The notes: a model not told the origin generated them from the letters alone. A DNA stretch of 56,866 bases from an uncultured Caldisericota bacterium (GCA_964583965.1 CAZOYI010000230.1:1-56866), one strand, 5' to 3'. Counted from the first letter of the stretch, positions 1-10,554 are shown. Numbers and translations are program-made.

Positions 1-581
1 TTTCTTCCCTGGATTTTTAAAATTGTGTTTTTATTTTGTAGTATTTGTTCAATAGAATAGGGACCTAATGTATTATTACCAGGATCAGGATCAACAGAGT
101 AGCGAATTTTCCCATCTAGTACATTGGACTGATCACATCCTCCTTCAACAAAAAGAGGATTCTTCGGATCATTTTGAGGTTTATAGATGCAGTTTTGAAA
201 AACTCCATCGGGATCGAGCCATATATTTCCATGATCATCCAGTACTACATAATATTTTTGCTGCCCCCTCGTATAACCCCGATCTGAAATGACATCCAAA
301 TAAAAACTGGTGTAATACACTGGGTTGGCGATTCTTCCTTTTAGCGTGGTTATAGGGCATTCTTTACTCCCCCACACTCTCGAATCAGATTTCTGCCAAG
401 GAAAAAGTAATTGTTCGTCTAGGGGTTCGTGACGATAATCATACCCAACTGCATACCATTTTTGAATACTTTGAGTCCAGGAATATACTGTCTTTGAAGA
501 AGAAAAAGATGTTCTAGTAGCTGGATACCAATAACTGAAGAAAAATAGAAAACACACAAACCATATGCCAATTTTTTTCAT
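1..581 (-). CDS. Exported hypothetical protein, partial (runs off the left edge of the window)
   Basis: Not in the ORF track. ATG at 581 is preceded by GAGGG. The frame is open to the window edge: MKKIGIWFVCFLFFFSYWYPATRTSFSSSKTVYSWTQ..., with a signal-peptide-like N-terminus. Confidence 0.75.
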   Translation of the reverse strand, partial: MKKIGIWFVCFLFFFSYWYPATRTSFSSSKTVYSWTQSIQKWYAVGYDYRHEPLDEQLLFPWQKSDSRVWGSKECPITTLKGRIANPVYYTSFYLDVISDRGYTRGQQKYYVVLDDHGNIWLDPDGVFQNCIYKPQNDPKNPLFVEGGCDQSNVLDGKIRYSVDPDPGNNTLGPYSIEQILQNKNTILKIQGR

Positions 582-647
582 GTAGTACACCCTCAAAAAA
601 AATCTATGCTAATTGTACTACAGATTTTGATTCGATATGGTTACAAT

Positions 648-2072
648 TTAGGGGATTGGAAGCCAATATTTCATAACAAATCCATTCCACATCTGATTAT
701 CCGTATGATCTAAAACATACGAAATAAGTCTGGTGGGAATTTCAGATGACATTGTTCTACCTGATAGAATAATTTGGTTTGATTGACCTGACCAAATGAT
801 GCTATCAAGAGAATCACGATCATTGCCTCCCAGAAAACTCGAATAGATAAGAGAATGATCTGAAGAGCTCAAACAAAAAAGAAAACCATCAGACCATCCT
901 CCTGCAAAGCGTTTTTGTAGCGCATTTGGTGTAACTGGGAATTGATGTTCAGAGAATGTTCTACCAGTCACAACGGGCGTATTGCCCATAAAGCTAATAC
1001 TCTCTGGATACTCAGTTTTATCTCCCCCAAAAAAACTAGAAAATTCAAGAGAATGAGTCTGCGTATTGAATACACTAATAAAGCCATCTGAAAGACCCTT
1101 TAAATCAAGTTGGAACGCATTTGGAGTTATAGGGTAATTGAAAGAATATGTCCGACCTGTAAAATAGACAAGTCCTCCAGGAGACAATTCCATAGTACTT
1201 GCAAAATCATTACGACTTCCACCTAAATACGTGGAGTAGGAGGGCATTCCATCTGAAAGAGAAACGAGGAATAAATCCCATTCTCCTCCATTAAATGACT
1301 GGTTATATGAGTTTTGTGTAAGAAAAAAATCGTGAGATGAGGTTCGCCCAAAGAGTATAGGTTCAGCATTATAGACGCAAACTGCTTCACAAAATTCCTC
1401 TCCAGATCCTCCTAGATATGTGGAGTATTCGATAGTAGAGGGAGAAAGCTGGATTCGCATATAAAAGGCGTCTGTAATTCCGTATAATCGTTTTTGGAAT
1501 GCGTCTGGAGTGATTGTTGGAAACTGTTCTGACCACGTTGTTCCAACAATATGAATCTGATCATTCTCAATGCAAAGAGAAGAACAAAAATCAGTAGAAT
1601 CTCCTCCAATATAAGAGCCAAACTGTAGTTTACCCTCAAGATTAAAGATTACTAGAAATCCGTCTCCACAACCCAGCGCTTCTGAAAATAGTGCATCATC
1701 AGTTGTAGGTAAATCCGTTGATTGTGTGCTACCGCAGAGATATAGCTTACCATCTTGACAGATTGCGTCAATTAGATACTCATTGCTCGTTCCACCGTAT
1801 CGTATCTCAAACAACTGTTTAGAAAAGTCTTCGTTTAGTTTTCGAATAAAAATGTCCGTCTGTAGGTCAGAAGAATTCTGCTCGTAAAAAGTACCCATGA
1901 TATAGTGATCGCCATTTGTATCCGTAAGGGATATTACTTTTGCATCTTCGTCTAATGACATATTGATTCTCATGGTTGCAAAGGGAAGAAAAACGAAACC
2001 CGAAGAAAAGAATAGGATACTACAAAGAGATAGCAACAATACAAAAAATTTAGGATCGTGTCTCTGGGTCAT
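648..2072 (-). CDS. Exported SBBP-type beta-propeller repeat protein
   Basis: Repeated YSTYLGGSxxD / GxTxSxxFP / DAF motifs and an N-terminal hydrophobic segment. AGGAGG 5 nt before ATG 2072. Confidence 0.85.
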   Translation of the reverse strand: MTQRHDPKFFVLLLSLCSILFFSSGFVFLPFATMRINMSLDEDAKVISLTDTNGDHYIMGTFYEQNSSDLQTDIFIRKLNEDFSKQLFEIRYGGTSNEYLIDAICQDGKLYLCGSTQSTDLPTTDDALFSEALGCGDGFLVIFNLEGKLQFGSYIGGDSTDFCSSLCIENDQIHIVGTTWSEQFPTITPDAFQKRLYGITDAFYMRIQLSPSTIEYSTYLGGSGEEFCEAVCVYNAEPILFGRTSSHDFFLTQNSYNQSFNGGEWDLFLVSLSDGMPSYSTYLGGSRNDFASTMELSPGGLVYFTGRTYSFNYPITPNAFQLDLKGLSDGFISVFNTQTHSLEFSSFFGGDKTEYPESISFMGNTPVVTGRTFSEHQFPVTPNALQKRFAGGWSDGFLFCLSSSDHSLIYSSFLGGNDRDSLDSIIWSGQSNQIILSGRTMSSEIPTRLISYVLDHTDNQMWNGFVMKYWLPIP

Positions 2073-2158
2073 CAATTCCTCCTTTTCTAATTATACTCTA
2101 ACCAATATCGGATTCAAGTAATACTGTATTTTCCAAGCATAATTCGTACAATTTACAT

Positions 2159-3385
2159 ATGAAAAGAATTTTTTCAACAGTCGCAATTAGAGAATCTAGT
2201 GAAAAATGGGCAGCTGCAACTTCTCGCCGTACACCATTATATGATCGAACCAATGATATCCGATCACCTTTTTTCCGTGACTATACGCGTATTATTCATT
2301 CGCGTGGTTATCGTAGATTGAAACACAAAACGCAAGTATTCTATGCTACCGACAACGATCATATATGCACCCGTATTGAACATGTTCAACACGTTGAAGC
2401 AGTCAGTAATATCATATGCGACTACTTAGGTTTAAACACTGAACTATCTCGAGCAATATCTTTGGGACACGATATTGGACACCCACCATTTGGACATGCT
2501 GGTGAAAAAATCCTATCTCAATATCTGCCTTCAAATTGTAACCTTTTTCCTTTTTGGCATGAAAAAAATGGTTTGCGGTTTGTGGACCATTTTGAAACAT
2601 TACCTGGACCTAGTGGTACAAAAGAAGGCTTAAATTTAACCTATGCCGTCCGAGATGGTATTATTTGCCACTGTGGAGAAACCCATGATCGTTTTTTGGT
2701 TCCCCGAAACCAGTTTTTATCCTTGGAAGATATTCAAAATCCAGGCACTACTTACCCCTATACCTGGGAAGGATGTGTAGTCCGGATTTCAGACACAATC
2801 TCCTATGTAGGGCGTGACATTGAGGACGCACTATCTCTTCGCATTCTGAATGCCAACCAAATGAGACTTTTACAAAACATCTACAATTCTTTTTCTGTAC
2901 AAAATACCGGTGAAACATTGAATAATACAGTTTTAATACACAATCTCATTATGGATCTTTGCAAATCCAGTTCTCCAGAAAACGGACTTCAGTTTTCTGA
3001 TCCATACTACAATTTACTCCAAGAGTTGCAAGATTTTAGTAAGCATCATATCTATGAGCATCCCCGATTAAAAGTGTACAAAAATTATGCTCAGTTAATG
3101 ATCTCTTCCATCTACGATTACTTAAAAGAAGAACAAGACCGCATCATCGCCGATATTCATGAATGGAAAAGTAACAATTCATTCCCACTATTAAGTAACT
3201 ATTTTTCAAAATGGTTGTTAACGTATTCAAATATTGCTTCACAAAGAGAACTAAATTCTTCCTCTCCGGATTTTTTTGTTTATACTATTCCACAGGATTT
3301 TTCCTTGGCTATTGTTGAATTTATTTCGGGTATGACAGATCATTTTATTATGAAGGTATTTGAAGAAATGACGAAATTTGAGTAA
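2159..3385 (+). CDS. dgt: Deoxyguanosinetriphosphate triphosphohydrolase (HD family)
   Basis: RSPFFRDYTRIIHS..RRLKHKTQVF, TRIEH, GHDIGHPPFGHAGE, C-terminal ISGMTD. Confidence 0.9.
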   Translation: MKRIFSTVAIRESSEKWAAATSRRTPLYDRTNDIRSPFFRDYTRIIHSRGYRRLKHKTQVFYATDNDHICTRIEHVQHVEAVSNIICDYLGLNTELSRAISLGHDIGHPPFGHAGEKILSQYLPSNCNLFPFWHEKNGLRFVDHFETLPGPSGTKEGLNLTYAVRDGIICHCGETHDRFLVPRNQFLSLEDIQNPGTTYPYTWEGCVVRISDTISYVGRDIEDALSLRILNANQMRLLQNIYNSFSVQNTGETLNNTVLIHNLIMDLCKSSSPENGLQFSDPYYNLLQELQDFSKHHIYEHPRLKVYKNYAQLMISSIYDYLKEEQDRIIADIHEWKSNNSFPLLSNYFSKWLLTYSNIASQRELNSSSPDFFVYTIPQDFSLAIVEFISGMTDHFIMKVFEEMTKFE

Positions 3386-3397
3386 GGAGAGTTTTAC

Positions 3398-4225
3398 ATG
3401 AGAAATACTTTGAAATGGATCCCTGTCCTTATCATTACTTTTTCTTTGTGCTCTTGTTCGATTGGTACACTCTTTCAATCCAAATCTCCCAAACCGGAAG
3501 AAAAAGAAGAATCTCTTTTGCAAAATCAAGAACCTGTTACAGTGGCAGCAAAATTTGCACTAAAAGTAGGTTCTCCTATCATATACGTGAATGATATTCC
3601 CATAGAACTAGATGTAGCAGCTCAGGAAATTGATGGACGAACCATGGTTCCATTATCATTCTTTGCAGATTACTGCCAAATGAAAGACTTATATTACGAG
3701 CCTACAAATGAAACCATAACATTTAGCATGCCTGTCGATCCTTCGTTTTTACCCACAGAAAGCAAAATAGTACGTCTTGAGCAACCGGGAAAGCCAGGAG
3801 AATGGTATGAAATCGCATTCCAAGATGAATTTACAGGAAAGACCATGCTTGCTTTCATGGTTGACGAAATTCTTACTGGCAAAGAAGCTTCTAAAATTGT
3901 TGCACAGTATAATCCCTTTGCCACCCAACCAACCGAAAACGAAACCTACACTTCCTTCAATTTACAAATAAAACTGATATCACTTGAATCTACCGATCAC
4001 TACCCATTGGATGATGCATTGTTTCACTTTATTGATCCCTCTGGAGTAGAACTTCCAGTTACTCATGCTTTTCGATTGCAAGAAGAATCAGTTGGAGAAG
4101 TATTGCAGGTCAACCAAGTTGTAACCATCCCTTATGCTGCTTTGCATCCCCCTGATACCCCTCCCATTTTTTCCTTTATGAACAATGATGAAAAAGCTGT
4201 TTACATCAAAATTCAATCCTCATAA
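3398..4225 (+). CDS. Lipoprotein with copper amine oxidase N-terminal-like (stalk) domain and C-terminal Ig-like domain
   Basis: Lipobox-like LCSC. The LDVAAQEIDGRTMVPL motif is typical of the stalk domain. SD AGGAG. Confidence 0.7.
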   Translation: MRNTLKWIPVLIITFSLCSCSIGTLFQSKSPKPEEKEESLLQNQEPVTVAAKFALKVGSPIIYVNDIPIELDVAAQEIDGRTMVPLSFFADYCQMKDLYYEPTNETITFSMPVDPSFLPTESKIVRLEQPGKPGEWYEIAFQDEFTGKTMLAFMVDEILTGKEASKIVAQYNPFATQPTENETYTSFNLQIKLISLESTDHYPLDDALFHFIDPSGVELPVTHAFRLQEESVGEVLQVNQVVTIPYAALHPPDTPPIFSFMNNDEKAVYIKIQSS

Positions 4226-4227
4226 GA

Positions 4228-4908
4228 ATGAAGCATCAGTATGTAAATCAGAACAAAGAACCAGTTCCATCTGTAACGACCTTAATATCTCAACTTGACA
4301 AGCCCTACCTGTTAAAATGGGCCAATTCAATTGGATTAAAAGGATACTCGTATGAAGATATCCGAGACAAAGCGGCTGAAACTGGTACCATAGCGCATAC
4401 TATGGTGGAAAACTTCATTAAGGGTCAAGAAGAAGACTTCTCTTACCATCCGCTTTTTGTGCCAGCTCAGCGATCTTTTAAAGCATTCCAGGAGTGGCTA
4501 TCTACTCATGATATTCAATTTCTAGGATCTGAAGTTTCCCTAGTAAATCCTGCCCTCGGTTTTGGAGGAACTGTTGACATTATTGCACGCATTGATGGTC
4601 AAATATGTATTATCGATATCAAAACATCCAATCAACTTTGTATGGAGTATCATTATCAAGTAGCAGCTTATGCTCTTCTATTAGAATCTGCAACACTAAA
4701 TGATTTGGGCGAGACTAGATCATTTCCAACGTATTCACCAGAATATGCTCTTCTACTCAGATTGGATAAACGATATGGTACGTTTCAGGAGAAGTGGCTC
4801 TATAGAAGAGATTTGCAACTTCCACAGGAAATATTTACATCCCTTATTTCATTATTCCACTTACGGGAAAACTATCAAAAAGCAATGCTATTGCAAGAAA
4901 AACTCTAA
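4228..4908 (+). CDS. Phage-type PD-(D/E)XK (RecB-like) exonuclease
   Basis: PSVTTL..LDKPYLLKW, GTIAH, E..GTVD..IIDIKTS..QVAAY motifs. No Cas4 four-Cys set. Confidence 0.85.
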   Translation: MKHQYVNQNKEPVPSVTTLISQLDKPYLLKWANSIGLKGYSYEDIRDKAAETGTIAHTMVENFIKGQEEDFSYHPLFVPAQRSFKAFQEWLSTHDIQFLGSEVSLVNPALGFGGTVDIIARIDGQICIIDIKTSNQLCMEYHYQVAAYALLLESATLNDLGETRSFPTYSPEYALLLRLDKRYGTFQEKWLYRRDLQLPQEIFTSLISLFHLRENYQKAMLLQEKL

Positions 4909-5766
4909 TTTTTGTCCAAAAAGCTGAAGCTTATCGTTAAGTTTCTGTTGAAGAATTGGATCGTTGGTAATAGCACTACTAAAAAACAAGTGAATGATTT
5001 CTGTTACATCGTTGGGCCTTATAGAATAATCCGATGTAACAGTCCTAAGCTTTTTTAAATACATTTTTTGTATCGGATTATTCTTGGATAACTTATGGAT
5101 ATCCTGTTTAGCTCTAGCAAAATTGCCTACCTGAATATTTTGTTCAATTCTTTTTCCTAAAACCCTATCAAGGTCCTCTCGTATCGACTTATTTTCTTGG
5201 TGGTGAAGAATTGCTATTTCGTACATACTTATAGCCGATGCAATATGCCCATTTCCTTCTTCCTCCCTGCCTTTTTGTTGATATTCACTCGCTATTACAG
5301 GATTCTGCTGGACAAAATTCTTTTGATACATAGAGAGAAAAAAAGGTTTAAAAACTGAAAACAACCCCACCAAAACAAATCCAATAATCATAATGAATGT
5401 AATAAAAGTATATGCTTTTGAAGGGTTTTTATTAAAAGAAGAAGCTATCTGTTTCTCATTCGACAGTGAATTATACGCTGCATTAGACATCCCCAAAATG
5501 CTTAATATCCAAATCTTTGCTTTCTTAGCAATATTTTCTGGAAGCTCAATTTCAAACCCAATTTCAAAGTTATATACAATCTTCAATCTTACAAGGGTGG
5601 GATCCACTACTTGGGATTCAAGAATTACGTCTTGAAGGATTCGAATTGGAATTTTAACTTGAGGTTCTTCAGATGGATCAGTGTAAAACAATAATCCCTG
5701 ATGAACAACAAAAAAACCATATTGTCCACTATCCCCTAAAGGAAATACTTTGGACAATTCACTCAT
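4888..5766 (-). CDS. Hypothetical single-pass membrane protein (helical/TPR-like C-terminus)
   Basis: Central TM helix (FITFIMIIGFVLVGLFSVF). ATGA overlap with the upstream gene at 5763-5766. Confidence 0.6.
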   Translation of the reverse strand: MSELSKVFPLGDSGQYGFFVVHQGLLFYTDPSEEPQVKIPIRILQDVILESQVVDPTLVRLKIVYNFEIGFEIELPENIAKKAKIWILSILGMSNAAYNSLSNEKQIASSFNKNPSKAYTFITFIMIIGFVLVGLFSVFKPFFLSMYQKNFVQQNPVIASEYQQKGREEEGNGHIASAISMYEIAILHHQENKSIREDLDRVLGKRIEQNIQVGNFARAKQDIHKLSKNNPIQKMYLKKLRTVTSDYSIRPNDVTEIIHLFFSSAITNDPILQQKLNDKLQLFGQKLEFFLQ

Positions 5767-6302
5767 GGTTCTTCCCATTCAATGGTAATGAGTTTTCCTT
5801 TGGGATTCCAGAGCACTTTTGCATCCAAAGATTTTGAAACAAACAAAACTGGGATATACGTCCTTTGGTGAAGAATAAAGGGAGATACTTGATGATTCTG
5901 TTCATCGATCCAACATTCTTCTCCTTGGACAATTGCTTTTGGGTTGTGCACCTGAAGTATAATTTCAGTAGAAGAGAACTGCTGGGTTATCATGATGGTT
6001 TTCGTTTTTGCATCCCAACCCACCGATGCTCTCATGTGCTCAAGAATGCCTCTAAGAGGGACCATTGTGCGTTTCCAAGATGGGACTATGATTGGAGTTG
6101 CCTCTGAAAGAAGATCTATTTTCATCGTAACTCCATCCACGCACATATAGGGATTATCGATCTGCAATTCAATAGTATGGACTGTTGAGTCGATCAGGGG
6201 AATAGCCAATGTAAATGGAATGACACTGAATACGAAGAAAGATATGCTTAGAATAAAAAAAATGGGCCTTTTTAGATTATTGAATTTTTTCTGAGTTTTC
6301 AT
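5763..6302 (-). CDS. Copper amine oxidase N-terminal (stalk) domain protein, exported
   Basis: RTMVPLRGILE..VGWD and RTYIPVLFV..VLWN repeats, N-terminal signal/TM. Confidence 0.85.
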   Translation of the reverse strand: MKTQKKFNNLKRPIFFILSISFFVFSVIPFTLAIPLIDSTVHTIELQIDNPYMCVDGVTMKIDLLSEATPIIVPSWKRTMVPLRGILEHMRASVGWDAKTKTIMITQQFSSTEIILQVHNPKAIVQGEECWIDEQNHQVSPFILHQRTYIPVLFVSKSLDAKVLWNPKGKLITIEWEEP

Positions 6303-7200
6303 CTCGGACTTTCCTTTGAATACGAAGTCCAGTTGGTGTTATGGCAAGACCACCCCTAGATGTTTCTTTCAAACTAGCCGGTAGATCTTCTCCGATCTGC
6401 TTCATTGCAAAAACTACTTCATCAAATGGGATGGGTGAGGTTATTCCAGCCAATGCCATTTGAGCACAGGCAATTGCGTTTACGCTTCCAACAACATTTC
6501 GGTTCACACAAGGAAACTCTACCAATCCAGCAACTGGATCACACACCAAACCAAGTAAATTTGCCAATGCCATAGCGGCAGCATTTTCAATTTTGTCCAG
6601 GGATAGTTCAAAAAGCGCTACAATAGCAGATGCAGTCATCGCACTTGCTGAACCAACTTCTGCTTGGCATCCATGTTGAGACCCCGATAAGGATGCATTA
6701 ATTTGAATCAACTCTCCAATGCCACCAGAAATAAACAAAGATTGAATTTGCTTCTCTTCCGATATTTGAAATTTCTCACAAATCGTAAGAAATGCCCCAG
6801 GCATAACTCCACAGGCACCCGCAGTGGGAGTAGCAACAATGCGACCCATGCAAGCATTTAGTTCTGAAACAGCCAGTGTGTTGGTTATGATATTATTAAA
6901 CCAGTCTCCTAATAAGGAAACTGTTTGGGGAAAAGCATTTTGAAATAAGAAGCAACCTCCCTGGATCAAACCACTTGGAGTATTGTTTTCTTTTGCTTTG
7001 CCCTTTTCAATAGATTCTTTCATTACTTTGAGGGTGACTTGCATTCGTTTGTAGACTTCTTCTTTTGGCAATAGTCTGTTTCTGGATTCGTATTCAACAA
7101 AGAAATCGGTTAATCCTTGAAATGGATAGGACTTCAAATAATGACGTATGTCTTGCATGGTGCGAATGCGGATGCGATTGGGTATTTCTTTAATACTCAT
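6277..7200 (-). CDS. sdaAA: L-serine dehydratase, Fe-S dependent, alpha subunit
   Basis: GRIVATPTAGACG, GCQAEVG, LGLVCDPVAGLVEFPC (Fe-S Cys), LKETSRGGLA. Confidence 0.95.
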   Translation of the reverse strand: MSIKEIPNRIRIRTMQDIRHYLKSYPFQGLTDFFVEYESRNRLLPKEEVYKRMQVTLKVMKESIEKGKAKENNTPSGLIQGGCFLFQNAFPQTVSLLGDWFNNIITNTLAVSELNACMGRIVATPTAGACGVMPGAFLTICEKFQISEEKQIQSLFISGGIGELIQINASLSGSQHGCQAEVGSASAMTASAIVALFELSLDKIENAAAMALANLLGLVCDPVAGLVEFPCVNRNVVGSVNAIACAQMALAGITSPIPFDEVVFAMKQIGEDLPASLKETSRGGLAITPTGLRIQRKVRDENSEKIQ

Positions 7201-7861
7201 TGTTTAGCTTCCTTATAGAAATTACTCGATGAATATCAGGGTGGCTTTTAAGCTCTTCAATTGCAGCATTAGGACATTCTTCATCAAACTTCAGCATCGC
7301 CATTGCAGTACCTTCCAAAGCATTGCGAGAACTCTGCATGTACGCAACGTTTACCTGGTGTTTGCCTAACACACCACCAATAAACCCGATCATTCCAATG
7401 GCATCTTTGTAATTCATAATCAGCACAGCATGTTCTCCGCCAAATTCAACATTATCATCTTGTACTTGAGTAATTTTAGCCTTACCAGCTCCTATGGAAA
7501 TACCTCGGACTAAAAAAGAATGCTTGGTTCCTCTGTGGAAAACAATCCTTACTTCATTAGGGTGATGATCACGTTTGTAGCTTTTGCGGAAATAATAGGA
7601 CAATTGCCTTTCTTTGGCTATTTGAAAAGCATTTGGAATTCTTTCATCATCCATCTTTAGTCCCAATAAACCTGCAACAATGGCCCTGTCTGTTCCATGT
7701 CCAATTCCAGTGCTGGCAAAAGAATTATATAGTTTAATTTCAACCGATTGAAAAGGACGGCCATAGCATAACGCTGCCATATACCCAATTCGGTTTGCTC
7801 CAGCGGTATGTGAACTGGATGGTCCAATCATTACAGGACCAATAATATCAAAGATCGCCAT
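7190..7861 (-). CDS. sdaAB: L-serine dehydratase beta subunit (C-terminal ACT domain)
   Basis: FDIIGPVMIGPSSSHTAGA, GHGTDRAIVAGLLG, HPN. Start adjusted to ATG 7861. Confidence 0.95.
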   Translation of the reverse strand: MAIFDIIGPVMIGPSSSHTAGANRIGYMAALCYGRPFQSVEIKLYNSFASTGIGHGTDRAIVAGLLGLKMDDERIPNAFQIAKERQLSYYFRKSYKRDHHPNEVRIVFHRGTKHSFLVRGISIGAGKAKITQVQDDNVEFGGEHAVLIMNYKDAIGMIGFIGGVLGKHQVNVAYMQSSRNALEGTAMAMLKFDEECPNAAIEELKSHPDIHRVISIRKLNNEY

Positions 7862-8405
7862 TAAGGATTGACTCTCTTTCTTGTTCAATTTGCTGTATAG
7901 CATCTTGTATTTCTTCGATTAGAGCTTTTAATTCTTGATCTGATGGATTGTTTTTACGTTCTTCTTCCAGTTCTTCAAGATATGATAATAATGAATCATA
8001 CGTCCTTTGTAGATCGTTCAGTCGCAAAAGCTCCGAATAATTTGGGATTTCTTCAACATCTCCCAGAGATGGAGTAGGTATTTCGATTTCTATAGGCTCT
8101 TTAGGAACCACATGAGTACCATCATTTTGAGATGAAATCTTTTGATTAACAGCACCAGCAGAGACTGAAGAAGGGTCTTGCGGAGAGTAATTGGAACCTG
8201 TTGCGGAATTCATATCAGATTCTTTCCCTTGTGAATATGGAACATTGGTAGAAGTAGAAGAACTTGTTTGCCCAGAGGAATGAGGATCAGAAGAAGTATT
8301 TTTGACATAAAAGAAAACAACAAGGAAAACTACAATGCATACAAGGGCTAAAAAAAGCCACAAAAACATACTATACTTTTGTTGTGAGTTCTGTTTTGTA
8401 TTCAT
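7848..8405 (-). CDS. Hypothetical membrane-anchored protein (Ser-rich linker, C-terminal coiled coil)
   Basis: N-terminal TM, low-complexity Ser/Thr linker, acidic heptad tail. Confidence 0.65.
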   Translation of the reverse strand: MNTKQNSQQKYSMFLWLFLALVCIVVFLVVFFYVKNTSSDPHSSGQTSSSTSTNVPYSQGKESDMNSATGSNYSPQDPSSVSAGAVNQKISSQNDGTHVVPKEPIEIEIPTPSLGDVEEIPNYSELLRLNDLQRTYDSLLSYLEELEEERKNNPSDQELKALIEEIQDAIQQIEQERESILNGDL

Positions 8406-8461
8406 GCTTCCATTATAGTATATGTAATGGAATAATAAACGATTAGTTTGGAGGACATATT

Positions 8462-9529
8462 ATGGATTTTTCAAATTTTCTTCAACAAACATACTTTAAC
8501 AATCCAATCACCAATTACATATGGGCATTGATCATATTCATTCTTGGTTTCTTCTTCTCCAGAATAATTCTCCGAAGATGTTTAATTCGTTGGTTAGTGA
8601 ACAAAACAAAAGAGACAACAAATCAATGGGATGATGTAATTTGTGATGTGATCAAAAAAACAATCATTCCATTGTGTGAATTGCTCATCATCTATATATC
8701 TCTTCAGTTTATTGACTTTTCTCCCCAGATTTCCATATGGGTCAATCGGATTTTCTTTCTTTTTACTGTCTATATCATCACAAAATCGCTCACTGCATTC
8801 ATTAAAAATTGGATTCTACACCTATTAAAAAAATATTACTCCCAGGACTCAGCACAACACAACTTCAAGGGCTTAGTCCAGATTATCACAGTCTTTGTAT
8901 GGGTTATTGCTGGATTGGTTATTCTTGATTATTTTGGCGTTGACATTACAGCACTAATAGCATCCGTGGGAATAATTGGCTTAGCTGGAGCCATGGCAGC
9001 AAAAGGAATTGTTGAAGATATCATCTGTTACTTTTCTATCATTCTGGACAAACCGTTTGAAGTAGGAGATTTCATTTCTTTCTCAGATCATCATGGCACA
9101 CTAAAGTCCATTGGGCTAGCAAGTTCCCGAATACAAAGTTTAAGCGGAGAAGAAATTGTAGTATCCAACTCTCAGCTTATCAACAACCTGGTCCGTAACT
9201 ACAAAAAAATGGAAGAACGTAGAATTTCATTTGTTATTGGTATTTTATATGAAACTTCTGCCTCTTTGGTAAAGAAAGTGCCTTCAACAATTCAGTCTAT
9301 TATTGAAGCAATGGATTCAGTTCGATTTGGTCGATGCCATTTTAAAAACTTTGGTGATTTTAGTTTGAATTTTGAAGTTGTATATTATGTGTTAACAAAT
9401 GATTATGACTTATTCATGGACATACAGCAGTCCATTAATGTTTCTATTTTTGAAAAATTTGAAGAAAACGGTATTGGTTTTGCTTATCCAACACAACTCA
9501 TCTATACAAAACCTCAATCCAATGAATAG
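8462..9529 (+). CDS. Small-conductance mechanosensitive channel (MscS family)
   Basis: DKPFEVGDFI, GEEIVVSN, FKNFGDFSLNFEV, GIGFAYPTQ. Confidence 0.93.
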   Translation: MDFSNFLQQTYFNNPITNYIWALIIFILGFFFSRIILRRCLIRWLVNKTKETTNQWDDVICDVIKKTIIPLCELLIIYISLQFIDFSPQISIWVNRIFFLFTVYIITKSLTAFIKNWILHLLKKYYSQDSAQHNFKGLVQIITVFVWVIAGLVILDYFGVDITALIASVGIIGLAGAMAAKGIVEDIICYFSIILDKPFEVGDFISFSDHHGTLKSIGLASSRIQSLSGEEIVVSNSQLINNLVRNYKKMEERRISFVIGILYETSASLVKKVPSTIQSIIEAMDSVRFGRCHFKNFGDFSLNFEVVYYVLTNDYDLFMDIQQSINVSIFEKFEENGIGFAYPTQLIYTKPQSNE

Positions 9530-10554
9530 TGTAGAATTTCTCTGATCAGAAGTTGATAGATTTCTTCTGTCGTGCCAGTTTTTTGAATTTTTCCACACTG
9601 AAATAGTACTGCCTTTTTTCCAGAACCTGCCATGCCGATATCAGCATTTGCTGCTTCACCAGGTCCATTTACCTCACAGCCCATCATGGCAACATGGATT
9701 GGCTTTTGAAGATGGATCGTGTCTTTTTCCAACCTTTGAACGTATTGCTGAAGATTCCATTTGCATCGCCCGCAAGTAGGACAACTTGTAATGCGTACAC
9801 CCCCAAACAATCCATACGATTGCAATAAGTACCGAGCAGTCAAGACTTCATTGCGAAGTTCTCCGGTCAAAGAAATGCGGATTGTATTACCAATTTTATT
9901 CTCCAAGAGTGGCGCTAAACCAATAGTTGTCTGAATAATTCCAGGGATTAGGGGTCCCGCCTCTGTTACTCCAATGTGTATAGGATACGGAAAGGTTTCG
10001 TACAACCACGTATTCATTCGATGATTAAGTTTTACTTCAGAAGTTTTAACTGAAAGGACAATTTGATTAAAACCCTCTTCTTCTAAGAGTTGTACTTCCT
10101 TGCGGACCAGGCACTGAATTTCTTCTATCATTTCCTTATCGGTGTGTATATTACGAATAGAGCCTCCATTTATACCAACGCGTATGGGAATCTCATATTC
10201 TTTAGCAGTGAATAGAATTTTCTGAATATCCTCTTTGCGTTTAACATTAGAAGGATTTAACCGAAGCTTATGAACTCCTTTCTTTATACATGCAATGGCA
10301 ATTTGTGGATGAAAATGGACGTCAGCCACAATAGGTAGTCTGGTATGAGATAGCAAAAATGGAATGGACTCTACTGCTTCAAAATCAGGGAAAGCAATAC
10401 GTACAATCTGACATCCCACTTCTTCTAATTCTTTCAATTGGTGCAAGGCAAGTTTCTTTTGGGCTGGATGACAGCTTAACATGCTTTGGATGGCAATCGG
10501 ATAATCTCCTCCAATGGAGACATCGCCTATTTGAATAATCTTTTTTTTGCTCAT
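9514..10554 (-). CDS. ispG: 4-hydroxy-3-methylbut-2-en-1-yl diphosphate synthase
   Basis: IGGDYPIAIQSM, PIVADVHF, HIGVTEAG, TIRISL, CPTCGR, MGCEVNGPGEA. Confidence 0.96.
   Translation of the reverse strand: MSKKKIIQIGDVSIGGDYPIAIQSMLSCHPAQKKLALHQLKELEEVGCQIVRIAFPDFEAVESIPFLLSHTRLPIVADVHFHPQIAIACIKKGVHKLRLNPSNVKRKEDIQKILFTAKEYEIPIRVGINGGSIRNIHTDKEMIEEIQCLVRKEVQLLEEEGFNQIVLSVKTSEVKLNHRMNTWLYETFPYPIHIGVTEAGPLIPGIIQTTIGLAPLLENKIGNTIRISLTGELRNEVLTARYLLQSYGLFGGVRITSCPTCGRCKWNLQQYVQRLEKDTIHLQKPIHVAMMGCEVNGPGEAANADIGMAGSGKKAVLFQCGKIQKTGTTEEIYQLLIREILHYSLD

Noticed and set aside
581-622. 9-bp inverted repeat TGTAGTACA/TGTACTACA
   Set aside because: Short, with a 24-nt spacer and no second instance noticed. 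Not distinguishable from chance.
4228-4908. Cas4 / CRISPR-associated gene
   Set aside because: It lacks the four Fe-S cysteines, and no cas genes or repeat-spacer array were seen in the window.
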